From Acidiferrobacterales bacterium (GTDB taxonomy: Bacteria > Pseudomonadota > Gammaproteobacteria > Acidiferrobacterales > SPGG2), in contig JBHIDJ010000004.1 of NCBI GenBank assembly GCA_046760105.1, forward strand, positions 17,285 to 81,284: a stretch of DNA of 64,000 nucleotides, written 5' to 3'. The notes beneath the pieces are model-generated. The model worked only from the letters and a program-made list of their open reading frames with translations. It ran no database searches and was not told where the DNA came from. Within the stretch, counting starts at the first letter, position 1; each line of letters opens with the position of its first letter. Below are positions 52,913 to 64,000 of the stretch, one piece after another. A program made the translations under genes and the position numbers.

Positions 52913-55900
52913 ATGCGTGTTCCGTACGAGCAACCGATCGGCCTGTACCGCCCGGAATTTGAAAAGGACGGTTGCGGTTTTGGCCTGATTGCACATATGG
53001 ATGGCCAGTGCAGCCATTGGCTGGTGGAAACGGCCATCAGCGCTCTGGCGTGTCTCACCCACCGCGGGGCGATCGCCGCTGATGGCAAGACCGGCGACGG
53101 TTGCGGGTTGCTATTGAAGAAACCCGACGGGTTCCTGCGGCAGGTCGCTGTCGAGCATAGGTTCAAGCTTGCCGAGCTCTATGCCGTTGGTATGGTCTTC
53201 TTCAACCGTGACCCGCACCTTGCTCACGTAGCGCGATCCCGGCTGGAGCAAGAACTGGCGGCAGAAGGCCTTGCAGTTTGCGGCTGGCGCGGCGTCCCTA
53301 CCGATCCGGATGCCTGCGGTGCCCAAGCACTCAAGAGTTTGCCAGACATTCAGCAAGTATTTGTGAATGCGCCCGACGGGATGGACGAGGAGACCTTTGA
53401 ACGTCATCTGTACATCGCACGCCGGCGTTGCGAGAAGGTGATCGAACCGGAGGACGAAGCCTTCTACGTTTGCAGCCTCTCGAGCGGAGTGATTGCGTAC
53501 AAAGGCTTGATAATGCCCGCCAACCTGCCGGTGTTTTATGACGATCTAAGCGACAAACGCATGGAGTCGACCTTGTGCGTTTTTCACCAACGGTTCTCCA
53601 CTAACACATGGCCGGAGTGGCGGTTGGCGCAACCGTTTCGATACCTGGCACATAACGGCGAAATCAATACCCTTCGGGCTAATCGCTATTGGTCGCTGGC
53701 ACGCGCCCCCAAATTTGCGACGCCCCTGATTCCGCGTTTTGAAGATGTGCTGCCGCTGGTATCAGAAACGGGCTCCGATTCTTACAGCCTTGATAACATG
53801 CTGGAGGCGTTGCTCGCGGGCGGCATGGACATCTTCCGTGCGATGCGACTTCTGGTTCCACCGGCTTGGCAAAACGTGCAAACGATGGATCCCGACCTGC
53901 GCGCGTTCTACGAGTATAACTCCATACACATGGAGCCGTGGGACGGGCCGGCGGGGATCGTGCTCACAGACGGGCGTTACGCCGCGTGTGTGTTGGATCG
54001 TAATGGGCTGCGCCCGGCGCGTTACGTAATTACGCGCGGCAGCGCAGACCACGACGCTACCAGCACAAACGATTTTACGGGGCATGTGATCACGCTCGCG
54101 ACCGAAGTCGGTGTCTATGATTACGCGCCCGAAAGTGTTGTCGCAAAAGGCCGCCTGAAACCGGGTCAGATGATTGCAGCTGATACGCAGACGGGTCAGC
54201 TGCTGCTACCCAAAGATATCGATAACATGCTGAAAATGCGCCGGCCCTACAAGCGCTGGCTCAAGGCCCACGCCAAGCGCCTCGAAGCGAGCTTGGTTGA
54301 AGAGGAGTCCTCGAGTGCACCCATGGACGCAGCGCAGCTCGCGATCTATCAGAAGATGTTTCAAGTCACATTCGAGGAACGCGACCAGATTCTGCGGGTT
54401 TTGGCTGAGTCCGGGCTGGAGGCAGTCGGTTCTATGGGCGACGACACGCCGCTGCCGGTTTTGTCCAAAAAGGTACGCTCGTTTTATGACTATTTCCGCC
54501 AGCAGTTCGCGCAGGTCACCAATCCACCCATTGATCCGCTGCGCGAACAGATGGTTATGTCACTGGAGACCTGCTTGGGGCGTGAACACAACCTGTTTGA
54601 GGAAACGCCAGAGCATGCCGCGCGCCTGGTGCTGGATTCCCCAGTGCTTTCGGCCAGCAAGTTCAAGCGCCTGCTGTCGCTGACGAACCCGCATTACGCA
54701 CATGAACTTGTCGACTTGAACTATCCGGCCGACCAAAAGCTGGACGAGGCGATTAGAAAAGTGTGCGATCAAGCCGCTGCCGCGATACGTCAGGGGAAGA
54801 CCATTATCATCCTGTCCGACCGTAATCTGGAAGAGGACAGGCTACCCATACACGCGTTATTGGCGACCGGTGCCGTGCACCATCGTCTCGTGCGCGAGCG
54901 TTTGCGCTGTGATGCCAACATTGTGGTCGAAACGGCGACGGCACGCGATCCGCATCACTTCGCGGTGCTGATTAGTTATGGTGCTACCGCTATCTATCCC
55001 TATCTTGCTTATAACTGTTTGTGCGACATGATTCGCACCGGCGAGATCGCGACGAAAAGTGCAATCCGGGTGATGCATACCTACCGCAAGGGCATTAACA
55101 AAGGTCTCTATAAGATCATCTCCAAGATGGGGATATCGACCATAGACAGCTATCGCGGGGCCCAGCTTTTCGAAGCCGTGGGCTTGAACCATGACGTCAT
55201 GGAACTTTGTCTTCCGGGAACCACTTGCCGTTTACAGGGGAGCACGTTTGAGGATCTGCATAGCGATCAGCAATGCCTGGCGCGGGACGCCTGGAACCCG
55301 CGTAAGACCATAAACCAGGGTGGCGTTCTGAAGTTCATTCACGGCGGTGAATTTCATGCGTTCAACCCAGACGTCGTCGCGGCATTACACGCGGCGGTGC
55401 GCTCCGGTGACTACGGCGAATACAAGGCGTTCGCCAAACTGGTGAATGAGCGTGCGGCGATGGTCTTTCGCGACCTCTTACCACTGCGCCAGGATAGGGA
55501 GGCGGTCCCTATCGACGAGGTTGAGCCGATCGACAATATCCTGCCGCGCTTTGATTCCGCCGGCATGTCATTGGGCGCGCTTTCACCCGAGGCCCACGAG
55601 ACCTTGGCGGAAGCCATGAATCGCTTGGGGGCTCGGTCCAACTCGGGTGAGGGCGGCGAAGATCCCAAGCGCTACGGTACCGACAGGAGATCGAAGATCA
55701 AGCAGGTCGCTTCCGGACGCTTCGGTGTCACGCCAGCCTATCTCGTCGACGCGGAGGTTCTGCAGATCAAGATCGCCCAGGGCGCAAAGCCCGGTGAGGG
55801 TGGGCAATTGCCCGGCCACAAGGTGAACGAAATGATCGCAAGGCTTCGTTACGCCAGACCCGGTGTGGCGTTGATCTCCCCACCGCCGCATCACGACATC

Positions 55901-57423
55901 TATTCCATCGAAGACCTCGCGCAGCTGATCTTTGACCTGAAGCAGATCAATCCCGAGGCGCTAGTGTCGGTCAAGCTTGTTGCTGGCCCCGGTGTCGGCA
56001 CCATCGCCGCCGGTGTGGCCAAGGCCTATGCCGATCTCATCACGATCTCCGGCTACGACGGTGGCACCGGCGCAAGCCCGCTGACGTCGATCAAATACGC
56101 CGGCACGCCGTGGGAACTGGGCTTGACCGAGACCCATCAGACACTGCGCGCCAATGATCTGCGCGATAAGGTACGGGTGCAAACCGACGGCGGCTTGAAA
56201 ACCGGACTCGATGTGGTGAAGGCGGCGATACTCGGGGCGGAGAGCTTCGGTTTTGGCACGGCACCCATGATCGCTATGGGCTGCAAATATCTCCGCATCT
56301 GTCATCTCAATAGCTGCGCCACAGGGGTAGCGACCCAGCACAATGTCCTTCGCCTCAGTCACTTCAAGGGCGAGGTCGAGATGATCATGAACTACTTCCG
56401 GTTCGTCGCCGAGGAAACGCGAGAATGGATGGCAGGCCTCGGGGTACGCAGCATCGAAGAGCTCATCGGGCGAAGGGATCTGTTGAGCCTTCACGAAGGC
56501 GAGACCGCTAAACAACAGCGCCTCGATCTCCGTCCCATTCTTTCCGATGGCAGCGTTCCGGCTGATAAACCGCAATTTTGTCGTGTGGAGCGCAACCAGC
56601 CGTTCGACAAAGGTCGACTGGCCGAACAGATTGTAAGCGATGTCCTACCTGCCATCGAGCGGAAGAAAGGTGGTAACTTTTCTTATGTGATTCGCAACGT
56701 TAACCGTTCTATCGGTGCACGCCTTTCCGGCGAGATTGCCAAACGTCACGGTGACCACGGCATGGCAGACACACCCATTACAATTCGGTTGCAAGGTACA
56801 GCCGGGCAGAGCTTCGGTGTTTGGAACGCCGGCGGACTACAGCTGATTCTCGAAGGGGACGCCAACGACTACGTGGGCAAAGGAATGGCTGGCGGAAAAA
56901 TCATAATCTATCCGCCGAGCGAAAGCCGATTCAAGAGTAACGAAACCGCCATTATCGGCAATACCTGCCTGTACGGTGCGACCGGCGGTAAGCTCTTCGC
57001 CGCCGGTATTGCAGGCGAACGGTTTGCTGTGCGTAACTCCGGTGCCCGTGCAGTGGTGGAGGGCGTCGGCGATCACGGCTGTGAATACATGACCGGTGGT
57101 GTTGTCGGGGTGCTCGGTCGCACGGGATATAACTTTGCCGCCGGCATGACAGGCGGTTTCGCCTTTGTCTTGGATATCGATAATACGTTTGTCGATAACT
57201 ATAACCACGAGCTGGTTGATATTCATCGGATTACCACAGAAAGCATGGAGGCACACCGTAACTATCTGCGGCGCATGATCGAAGAGTTCGTCGCGGAAAC
57301 AGGCAGTGCATGGGGCCAGATGATACTTGATGATTTTTACGACTTCGTGGCTAAGTTCTGGTTGGTCAAGCCGGTCGCCGCTGATCTGGAGAGCCTGCTC
57401 GATACCTTGCAGGAAGCAGCGTA

Positions 57424-57424
<1 letters not shown>
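52913..57424 (+). CDS. gltB: Glutamate synthase large subunit
   Basis: EKDGCGFG Ntn Cys, [30 protein letters not shown]; start reset to MRVPYE. Confidence 0.97.
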
Positions 57425-58928
<1,504 letters not shown>

Positions 58929-58940
58929 CACCGAACTACT

Positions 58941-59077
58941 CAACGCAAAGACGCCAAGGGCGCAAATCACATTAGATCAACAGTTAATCAAGATATGGGC
59001 AGAAGTAAGTTTTCCGCTCGCGTTACGATAAAGCGATTATAGAAATTTTTTCTTTGCGTCTTTGCGCCTCTGCGTTG
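58941..59077. repeat. Inverted-repeat-bounded element (cgcaaag-type 8-9-mers) with AT-rich core
   Basis: caacgcaaagacgccaagggcgcaaa ... tttgcgtctttgcgcctctgcgttg. Confidence 0.65.
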
Positions 59078-59087
59078 GAAGTTTTCG

Positions 59088-60152
59088 ATGGCTGAGCTTA
59101 AGAACGACCGCCTGCTGCGCGCCCTGGCGCGCGAGCCGGTAGACGTAACGCCGGTATGGATCATGCGCCAGGCAGGGCGTTACCTGCCTGAGTACCGGGC
59201 GACGCGCGAAAAGGCTGGTAACTTCTGGAAGCTTTGTACGACGCCCGAGCTTGCTTGTGAGGTGACGCTACAGCCCATTAACCGCTTTGCCCTCGATGCC
59301 GCAATCCTGTTTTCCGACATTCTTACTATTCCCGCCGCCATGGGTCTCGGGCTTTACTTCACTGAGGGTGAGGGCCCGCGGTTCGAGCATCCCGTGCGCA
59401 CCCAAAGTGACGTGAGAACACTTGCAGTGCCTGATCCGGAGACAGAACTTGCTTACGTCATGGATACGGCCCGTCTCGTCAGCCGCGAACTCGATGGGCG
59501 TGTTCCGCTAATCGGTTTTGCCGGCAGCCCCTGGACATTAGCGACATATATGGTGGAAGGCGGATCCACTAAGGAATTCACTCGCATCAAGGCATTGGTA
59601 TTTGACAAGCCCAAGGTGATGCACAGGTTGCTTGCAACCCTGGCCGAAGCGGTTACGCTTTATTTGAACGCGCAAGTCGCCGCCCAAGCTCAGGCCCTGA
59701 TGATCTTCGATACCTGGGGAGGGGTACTGTCACCACGGGACTATAAGGAATTTTCTTTGCGTTACATGGAACAGATTATTGCCGACCTGACGCGTGAGTC
59801 TCAAGGACGCCACATTCCCGTTATTTTGTTCACCAAGAACGGTGGGCAATGGCTCGAGGCGATGGCAGCGAGCGGCTGCGATGCCCTCGGTATCGATTGG
59901 ACGACAGACCTGCAACAAGCCCGCAAGCGGGTGGGCCATGCGGTTGCGTTGCAAGGGAATATGGATCCGGGGGTGCTGTACGCTTCGCCGCAACGGATTC
60001 GTGAAGAGGTGGCGGCAATCTTAGCGAGTTATGGCAAAGGTAGCGGATTGGTGTTCAACCTCGGTCACGGCATTAGCCAGTATGTGAATCCAGAGCGCGT
60101 CGCTGTGTTGGTGGATGCCGTCCATACGCAAAGCCCGGCCTATCACAACTGA
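59088..60152 (+). CDS. hemE: Uroporphyrinogen decarboxylase
   Basis: [37 protein letters not shown]. Confidence 0.97.
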   Translation: MAELKNDRLLRALAREPVDVTPVWIMRQAGRYLPEYRATREKAGNFWKLCTTPELACEVTLQPINRFALDAAILFSDILTIPAAMGLGLYFTEGEGPRFEHPVRTQSDVRTLAVPDPETELAYVMDTARLVSRELDGRVPLIGFAGSPWTLATYMVEGGSTKEFTRIKALVFDKPKVMHRLLATLAEAVTLYLNAQVAAQAQALMIFDTWGGVLSPRDYKEFSLRYMEQIIADLTRESQGRHIPVILFTKNGGQWLEAMAASGCDALGIDWTTDLQQARKRVGHAVALQGNMDPGVLYASPQRIREEVAAILASYGKGSGLVFNLGHGISQYVNPERVAVLVDAVHTQSPAYHN

Positions 60153-60265
60153 CATTTCGCCAACTAGGCGCTTCCGCGTGCGACGTGTACTGGGAAGGGG
60201 GGAACAAAGCACAGTTTTCTGATATATAATCGAGCCCGTTTTTGGGTCGGCGTATCACCACAACA

Positions 60266-61387
60266 ATGAAAATTGGTATCGTGAAAGAAACCCAGTCCGG
60301 CGAAACACGCGTCGCGGCGACGCCAGACACGGTGAAGAAACTTCGCGCCAAGGGACTGGAGGTACTCGTCGAGAAATCGGCAGGCCTTGGCTCCCACTTT
60401 ACTGATGATGCCTACCGCAAGGCCGGCGCCGAGCTCGTGGACGCACAAGAAGCATACGCTGGTGAGATCATATTTAAGGTACAGAAACCGAAGCAGGACG
60501 AAATCGGGCGGATAAAAAAAGGCGCAATACTGGTCTCCTTCCTCGACCCGTGCGCGAATGATCAGACCTTGGAGAAGCTCGCCCAAGCGGGCGTCGCTGC
60601 GTTTGCGCTAGAACTGGTCCCGCGGATTTCGCGCGCCCAATCGATAGATGCGCTTTCATCGCAAGCCAATATCGGGGGTTACCGGGCGACGCTGGAAGCG
60701 GCCAGATTGTACGGCAACTTCTTTGCGATGATGATGACGGCTGCCGGTTCCGCGAAGCCCGCCAAGGTGATGGTACTTGGTGCGGGCGTTGCCGGGCTTC
60801 AAGCCATCGCCACAGCGAAGAGATTAGGAGCGCAGGTTTTCGCCTTTGACATACGTCCAGAGGTAAAAGAAGAAATCATGTCGCTTGGTGGCAAATTCGT
60901 GGAACTCGATCTAGGCGAGAGCGGTGCCGGTGAGGGCGGTTATGCCAAGCAGCTTTCCAAAGAGGCACAACAGCGGCAGCAGGCGCTGTTACAGGAAGAA
61001 ATCAAGAAGATGGACATCGTGATCTCCACCGCGTTGATTCCGTGTAAACCGGCACCGGTTTTGATAACAGAAGATGCCGTTAAGGGCATGCCTACAGGGT
61101 CCGTTATCATTGATATGGCGGCGATCAGTGGCGGAAATTGCCCTTTGACCAAAGCGGATAAGACTATTGTCAAGCATGGCGTGACCATTTGCGGTATTAC
61201 CAACTTTCCCGCGCTGGTACCGACCGACGCAAGTTCGTTTTATGCTCGCAACCTGCTCAATTTCATTTCCCTGCTGCTTAAAGACGAGGACGGCAAACCG
61301 GCGCTGAAAGATTTTTCCGAAGACGAGATTACCGCCGCTTCGCTGGCGACACACGACGGCGCGGTGCGCTTTCAAAGACCGAACTAG
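60266..61387 (+). CDS. pntA: NAD(P) transhydrogenase subunit alpha, part 1 (dI)
   Basis: [40 protein letters not shown]. Confidence 0.94.
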   Translation: MKIGIVKETQSGETRVAATPDTVKKLRAKGLEVLVEKSAGLGSHFTDDAYRKAGAELVDAQEAYAGEIIFKVQKPKQDEIGRIKKGAILVSFLDPCANDQTLEKLAQAGVAAFALELVPRISRAQSIDALSSQANIGGYRATLEAARLYGNFFAMMMTAAGSAKPAKVMVLGAGVAGLQAIATAKRLGAQVFAFDIRPEVKEEIMSLGGKFVELDLGESGAGEGGYAKQLSKEAQQRQQALLQEEIKKMDIVISTALIPCKPAPVLITEDAVKGMPTGSVIIDMAAISGGNCPLTKADKTIVKHGVTICGITNFPALVPTDASSFYARNLLNFISLLLKDEDGKPALKDFSEDEITAASLATHDGAVRFQRPN

Positions 61388-61410
61388 TTGCAAGGGAGGT
61401 AGTTAAATCT

Positions 61411-61698
61411 ATGTCCGAACCAATGGTCGCTTTGTACGTGTTCGTGTTGGCCTGTTTTATCGGCTACTGGGTGATCTGGAATGTGACGCCGTCGCTGCAT
61501 ACACCGCTCATATCGCTCACGAACGCGATCTCCGGGATTATCATCGTCGGCGCACTACTGGTGGCCGGTTTTGAAGAGATGGGTCTGGTCGGTGCGGTCA
61601 TCGGCTTTTGTGCGGTGCTGCTGGCGTCGATCAATATCTTCGGCGGCTTTCTCGTGACCCAGCGCATGCTTGGCATGTTCAAGAAGAAGAAAAAGTAG
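61411..61698 (+). CDS. NAD(P) transhydrogenase subunit alpha, part 2 (membrane)
   Basis: [31 protein letters not shown]. Confidence 0.94.
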   Translation: MSEPMVALYVFVLACFIGYWVIWNVTPSLHTPLISLTNAISGIIIVGALLVAGFEEMGLVGAVIGFCAVLLASINIFGGFLVTQRMLGMFKKKKK

Positions 61699-61709
61699 GG
61701 GTAAACACG

Positions 61710-63104
61710 ATGCAGCTCGGCGGTAACACACTGGCCTTCGTTTACCTGGTGTCCGGGGCGCTTTTTATTCTCGGTCTCAATAGGCTCTCGCATCCGTCGA
61801 CGGCGCGTCGCGGTAATCTATACGCGATAACGGGCATGGTGTTGGCGGTCGTGGCGACGCTGTTGAATCCGGCCGTCAAGTCATACACCTTTATCGTTCC
61901 CCCCATGATTATCGGCGCCATTATCGGCATTATCGTGGCGCTTCGCATCCAGATGGCGGCGATGCCGCAGCTCGTGGCGTTACTGCACAGTTTTGTCGGA
62001 TTGGCGGCGGTGCTGGTTGCGGTCGGCACCTACCTCGATCACGCCCAAGAGGGAACGCTGGACGGTATTTTCATGACCGAAGTTTTTATTGGTGCCTTCG
62101 TGGGCGCCATCACGTTCACGGGATCACTCATCGCGTTCGGTAAGCTGCAGGGATTGGTCACCGCGGCGCCCGTCGCGTTTACGGGCCAGCATTGGTTAAA
62201 CCTTTTACTCGGGCTCGTTATGCTGGGCTTTGGCATCTACTTTGCCGTCAATGATCATTTCACATCGCTAATGATATTGACCGCGATTGCGCTGTTGTTA
62301 GGCGTCCTGCTCATTATACCGATCGGCGGCGCGGACATGCCGGTAATTATCTCAATGCTCAATTCTTACTCCGGGTGGGCCGCTGCGGCGACCGGTTTCA
62401 CCTTGCAGAACAAGCTTTTGATTATCACCGGTGCAATAGTCGGCTTCTGCGGCGCCATCTTGTCTTACATCATGTGCCGCGCGATGAACCGCTCCTTTAT
62501 CAGCGTCATTCTCGGCGGGTTTGGTACAGGAGACACGGCGGATGAGTCAGGTGTGGCGGCGGCGGCGCAGAAAGGTGTCAAAGCCTCGTCGGTCGAAGAT
62601 GCGGCGTTTCTCTTGGAAAACGCCAGCAAAGTGATCATTGTTCCCGGTTATGGCATGGCAGTGGCGCAGGCACAGCATGCGTTGAAGGAATTGGTTGAAA
62701 GGCTTGAAGACAAGGGCGTTGAGGTGAAGTTCGCGATTCACCCGGTCGCCGGGCGTATGCCCGGCCATATGAACGTACTACTCGCCGAAGCCGACGTTCC
62801 TTATGACCTCGTCTTCGAAATGGAAGTGATCAATCCAGAGTTCAACACAGCTGATGTGGCCTTAGTTGTAGGCGCCAATGACGTCACCAACCCGGCTGCC
62901 AAGCGCGACAAAGCAAGCCCCATCTACGGCATGCCGATTCTCGATGTCGACCGCGCGAAACACGTTTTCTTCATCAAGCGCAGCATGCGGCCCGGCTACG
63001 CTGGCATCGATAACCTGCTGTTCTATCAAGATAACTGCTCTTTGCTCTTCGGCGATGCCAAAGCGGTTTGTGAGAAGACTGTTGCTGAATTGAAAGCCGC
63101 ATAG
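61710..63104 (+). CDS. pntB: NAD(P) transhydrogenase subunit beta
   Basis: MPQLVALLHS, IGGADMPV, IHPVAGRMPGHMNVLLAEA; start reset to MQLGGN. Confidence 0.96.
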   Translation: MQLGGNTLAFVYLVSGALFILGLNRLSHPSTARRGNLYAITGMVLAVVATLLNPAVKSYTFIVPPMIIGAIIGIIVALRIQMAAMPQLVALLHSFVGLAAVLVAVGTYLDHAQEGTLDGIFMTEVFIGAFVGAITFTGSLIAFGKLQGLVTAAPVAFTGQHWLNLLLGLVMLGFGIYFAVNDHFTSLMILTAIALLLGVLLIIPIGGADMPVIISMLNSYSGWAAAATGFTLQNKLLIITGAIVGFCGAILSYIMCRAMNRSFISVILGGFGTGDTADESGVAAAAQKGVKASSVEDAAFLLENASKVIIVPGYGMAVAQAQHALKELVERLEDKGVEVKFAIHPVAGRMPGHMNVLLAEADVPYDLVFEMEVINPEFNTADVALVVGANDVTNPAAKRDKASPIYGMPILDVDRAKHVFFIKRSMRPGYAGIDNLLFYQDNCSLLFGDAKAVCEKTVAELKAA

Positions 63105-63209
63105 GGTTGAGCCGTTAGACACTGATCAATATTTTATTTCTTTATATATTCCTGAAATCAACTTACCGACACGGAGCCCCACTGCTAGAGATAAGAAGAT
63201 TTGTCGCAA

Positions 63210-63476
63210 TTATGCATCGGCTACGGCATACCAAGGGATGTCAATCATAATCGATAAGATAACTGAAAATACAATTCGAGGAGGGCAATGCCCGGATCTT
63301 TTAGATAACCAGATCCATCGACTGTTTGTTACCGCGAAGAAAAACAAATAGGTTTCCCACCCGTCTTGAATTGACGTTTCTGTTGGTACTGACGGAGACG
63401 GTTCACATCCAATGTTGGAGAGCGGTCGCCAGCTATCCTGGCTGTTATTTCCTAGTGTAATCAGTTTGTTAGCCAT
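63210..63476 (-). pseudogene. Possible decayed gene fragment in AT-rich intergenic DNA
   Basis: Protein-like GCEPSPSVPTETSIQDGWETYLFFFAV may continue in a shifted frame as TVDGSGYLKDPGIALLE before a stop. Confidence 0.3.
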
Positions 63477-63608
63477 GTGCAGCAAAAGCGTTGTTCGAGA
63501 TAGAAAAGGCGGGAGCGATGTACTTTCTCCTCTGAAAAATCGGTCGGCAGCTTTGTTAAGATGCGAATCCTGCTAGCATATTGCTGTTTTCATCCGGTTC
63601 ATGCCGCT

Positions 63609-64000
63609 ATGGCTCTCGCTGCTTTGCAAGTACATAAGCAACTGTGCTGCCGAAAGTCTTTTGAAAGCCGTGCGTTCGTATTACGGCTCGGGCTGACGTT
63701 CCTTCTCTTGGTGCCGGTTCACAGTAATTTGAACGCGGATGAAGCGCTCCACGCGCGCCGACGTGCGGCCATGACCGACGCGATTGAAGGCGATGTTAGG
63801 CGCACGAGCTTTGCCACCGGCAGGAAGGAGTTTGACGAGCGCGTTATGCAGGCCATGGCCACGGTACGGCGCCATGAGTTTGTGCCGGAACACCTCAAGC
63901 CGTTCGCTTATGAGAATCGTCCGCTCCCCATTGGCTATGGGCAGACCATATCGCAGCCTTACATCGTTGCATTAATGACGGATCTCATGGAGGTGGATGG
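63609..64000 (+). CDS. pcm: Protein-L-isoaspartate O-methyltransferase (runs off the window)
   Basis: Manual translation: ...DERVMQAMATVRRHEFVP...AYENRPLPIGYGQTISQPYIVALMTDLM; not in the ORF track because the stop is outside the window. Confidence 0.92.
   Translation, partial: MALAALQVHKQLCCRKSFESRAFVLRLGLTFLLLVPVHSNLNADEALHARRRAAMTDAIEGDVRRTSFATGRKEFDERVMQAMATVRRHEFVPEHLKPFAYENRPLPIGYGQTISQPYIVALMTDLMEVD

Noticed and set aside
60266-61698. Split pntA as a frameshift or pseudogene
   Set aside because: The three-gene transhydrogenase is a known arrangement; part 2 has its own GGAGG RBS

Overview
Core-genome window from a GC-rich gammaproteobacterium; the gene order def-fmt-rsmB-DUF4390-ntrY-ntrX-trkA-trkH suggests an Acidiferrobacterales/Chromatiales-like lineage (inference only). 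Most of the window is housekeeping: LysM-dprA-smg-topA-mltA, rnd, mpl, dsbA, tRNA-Arg(CCG), cytochrome c5, comM-ubiK, an NtrC/sigma54-type glnK-amtB operon, argS-SPOR, mrcA divergent from pilMNOPQ-aroK-aroB-dGTPase, gltBD, hemE, a three-gene pntAB and a partial pcm. Four things stand out. (1) A ~150-nt multi-hairpin candidate ncRNA (40863-41013, minus) lies directly behind a catalytically degenerate nucleotidyltransferase-fold gene coupled to mrcA. (2) A three-gene module combines a CHASE2 adenylate cyclase, a ~1,680-aa exported NHL/FN3/TPR/transglutaminase-like protein and a small exported GVRG-TPR protein. (3) Three accessory genes between mltA and rnd are punctuated by attC-like sites with no integrase in the window (CALIN-like). 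(4) A family of tiny hairpin elements shows compensatory base changes and is nested inside other hairpins. All calls were made by eye; no database searches or folding programs were run.
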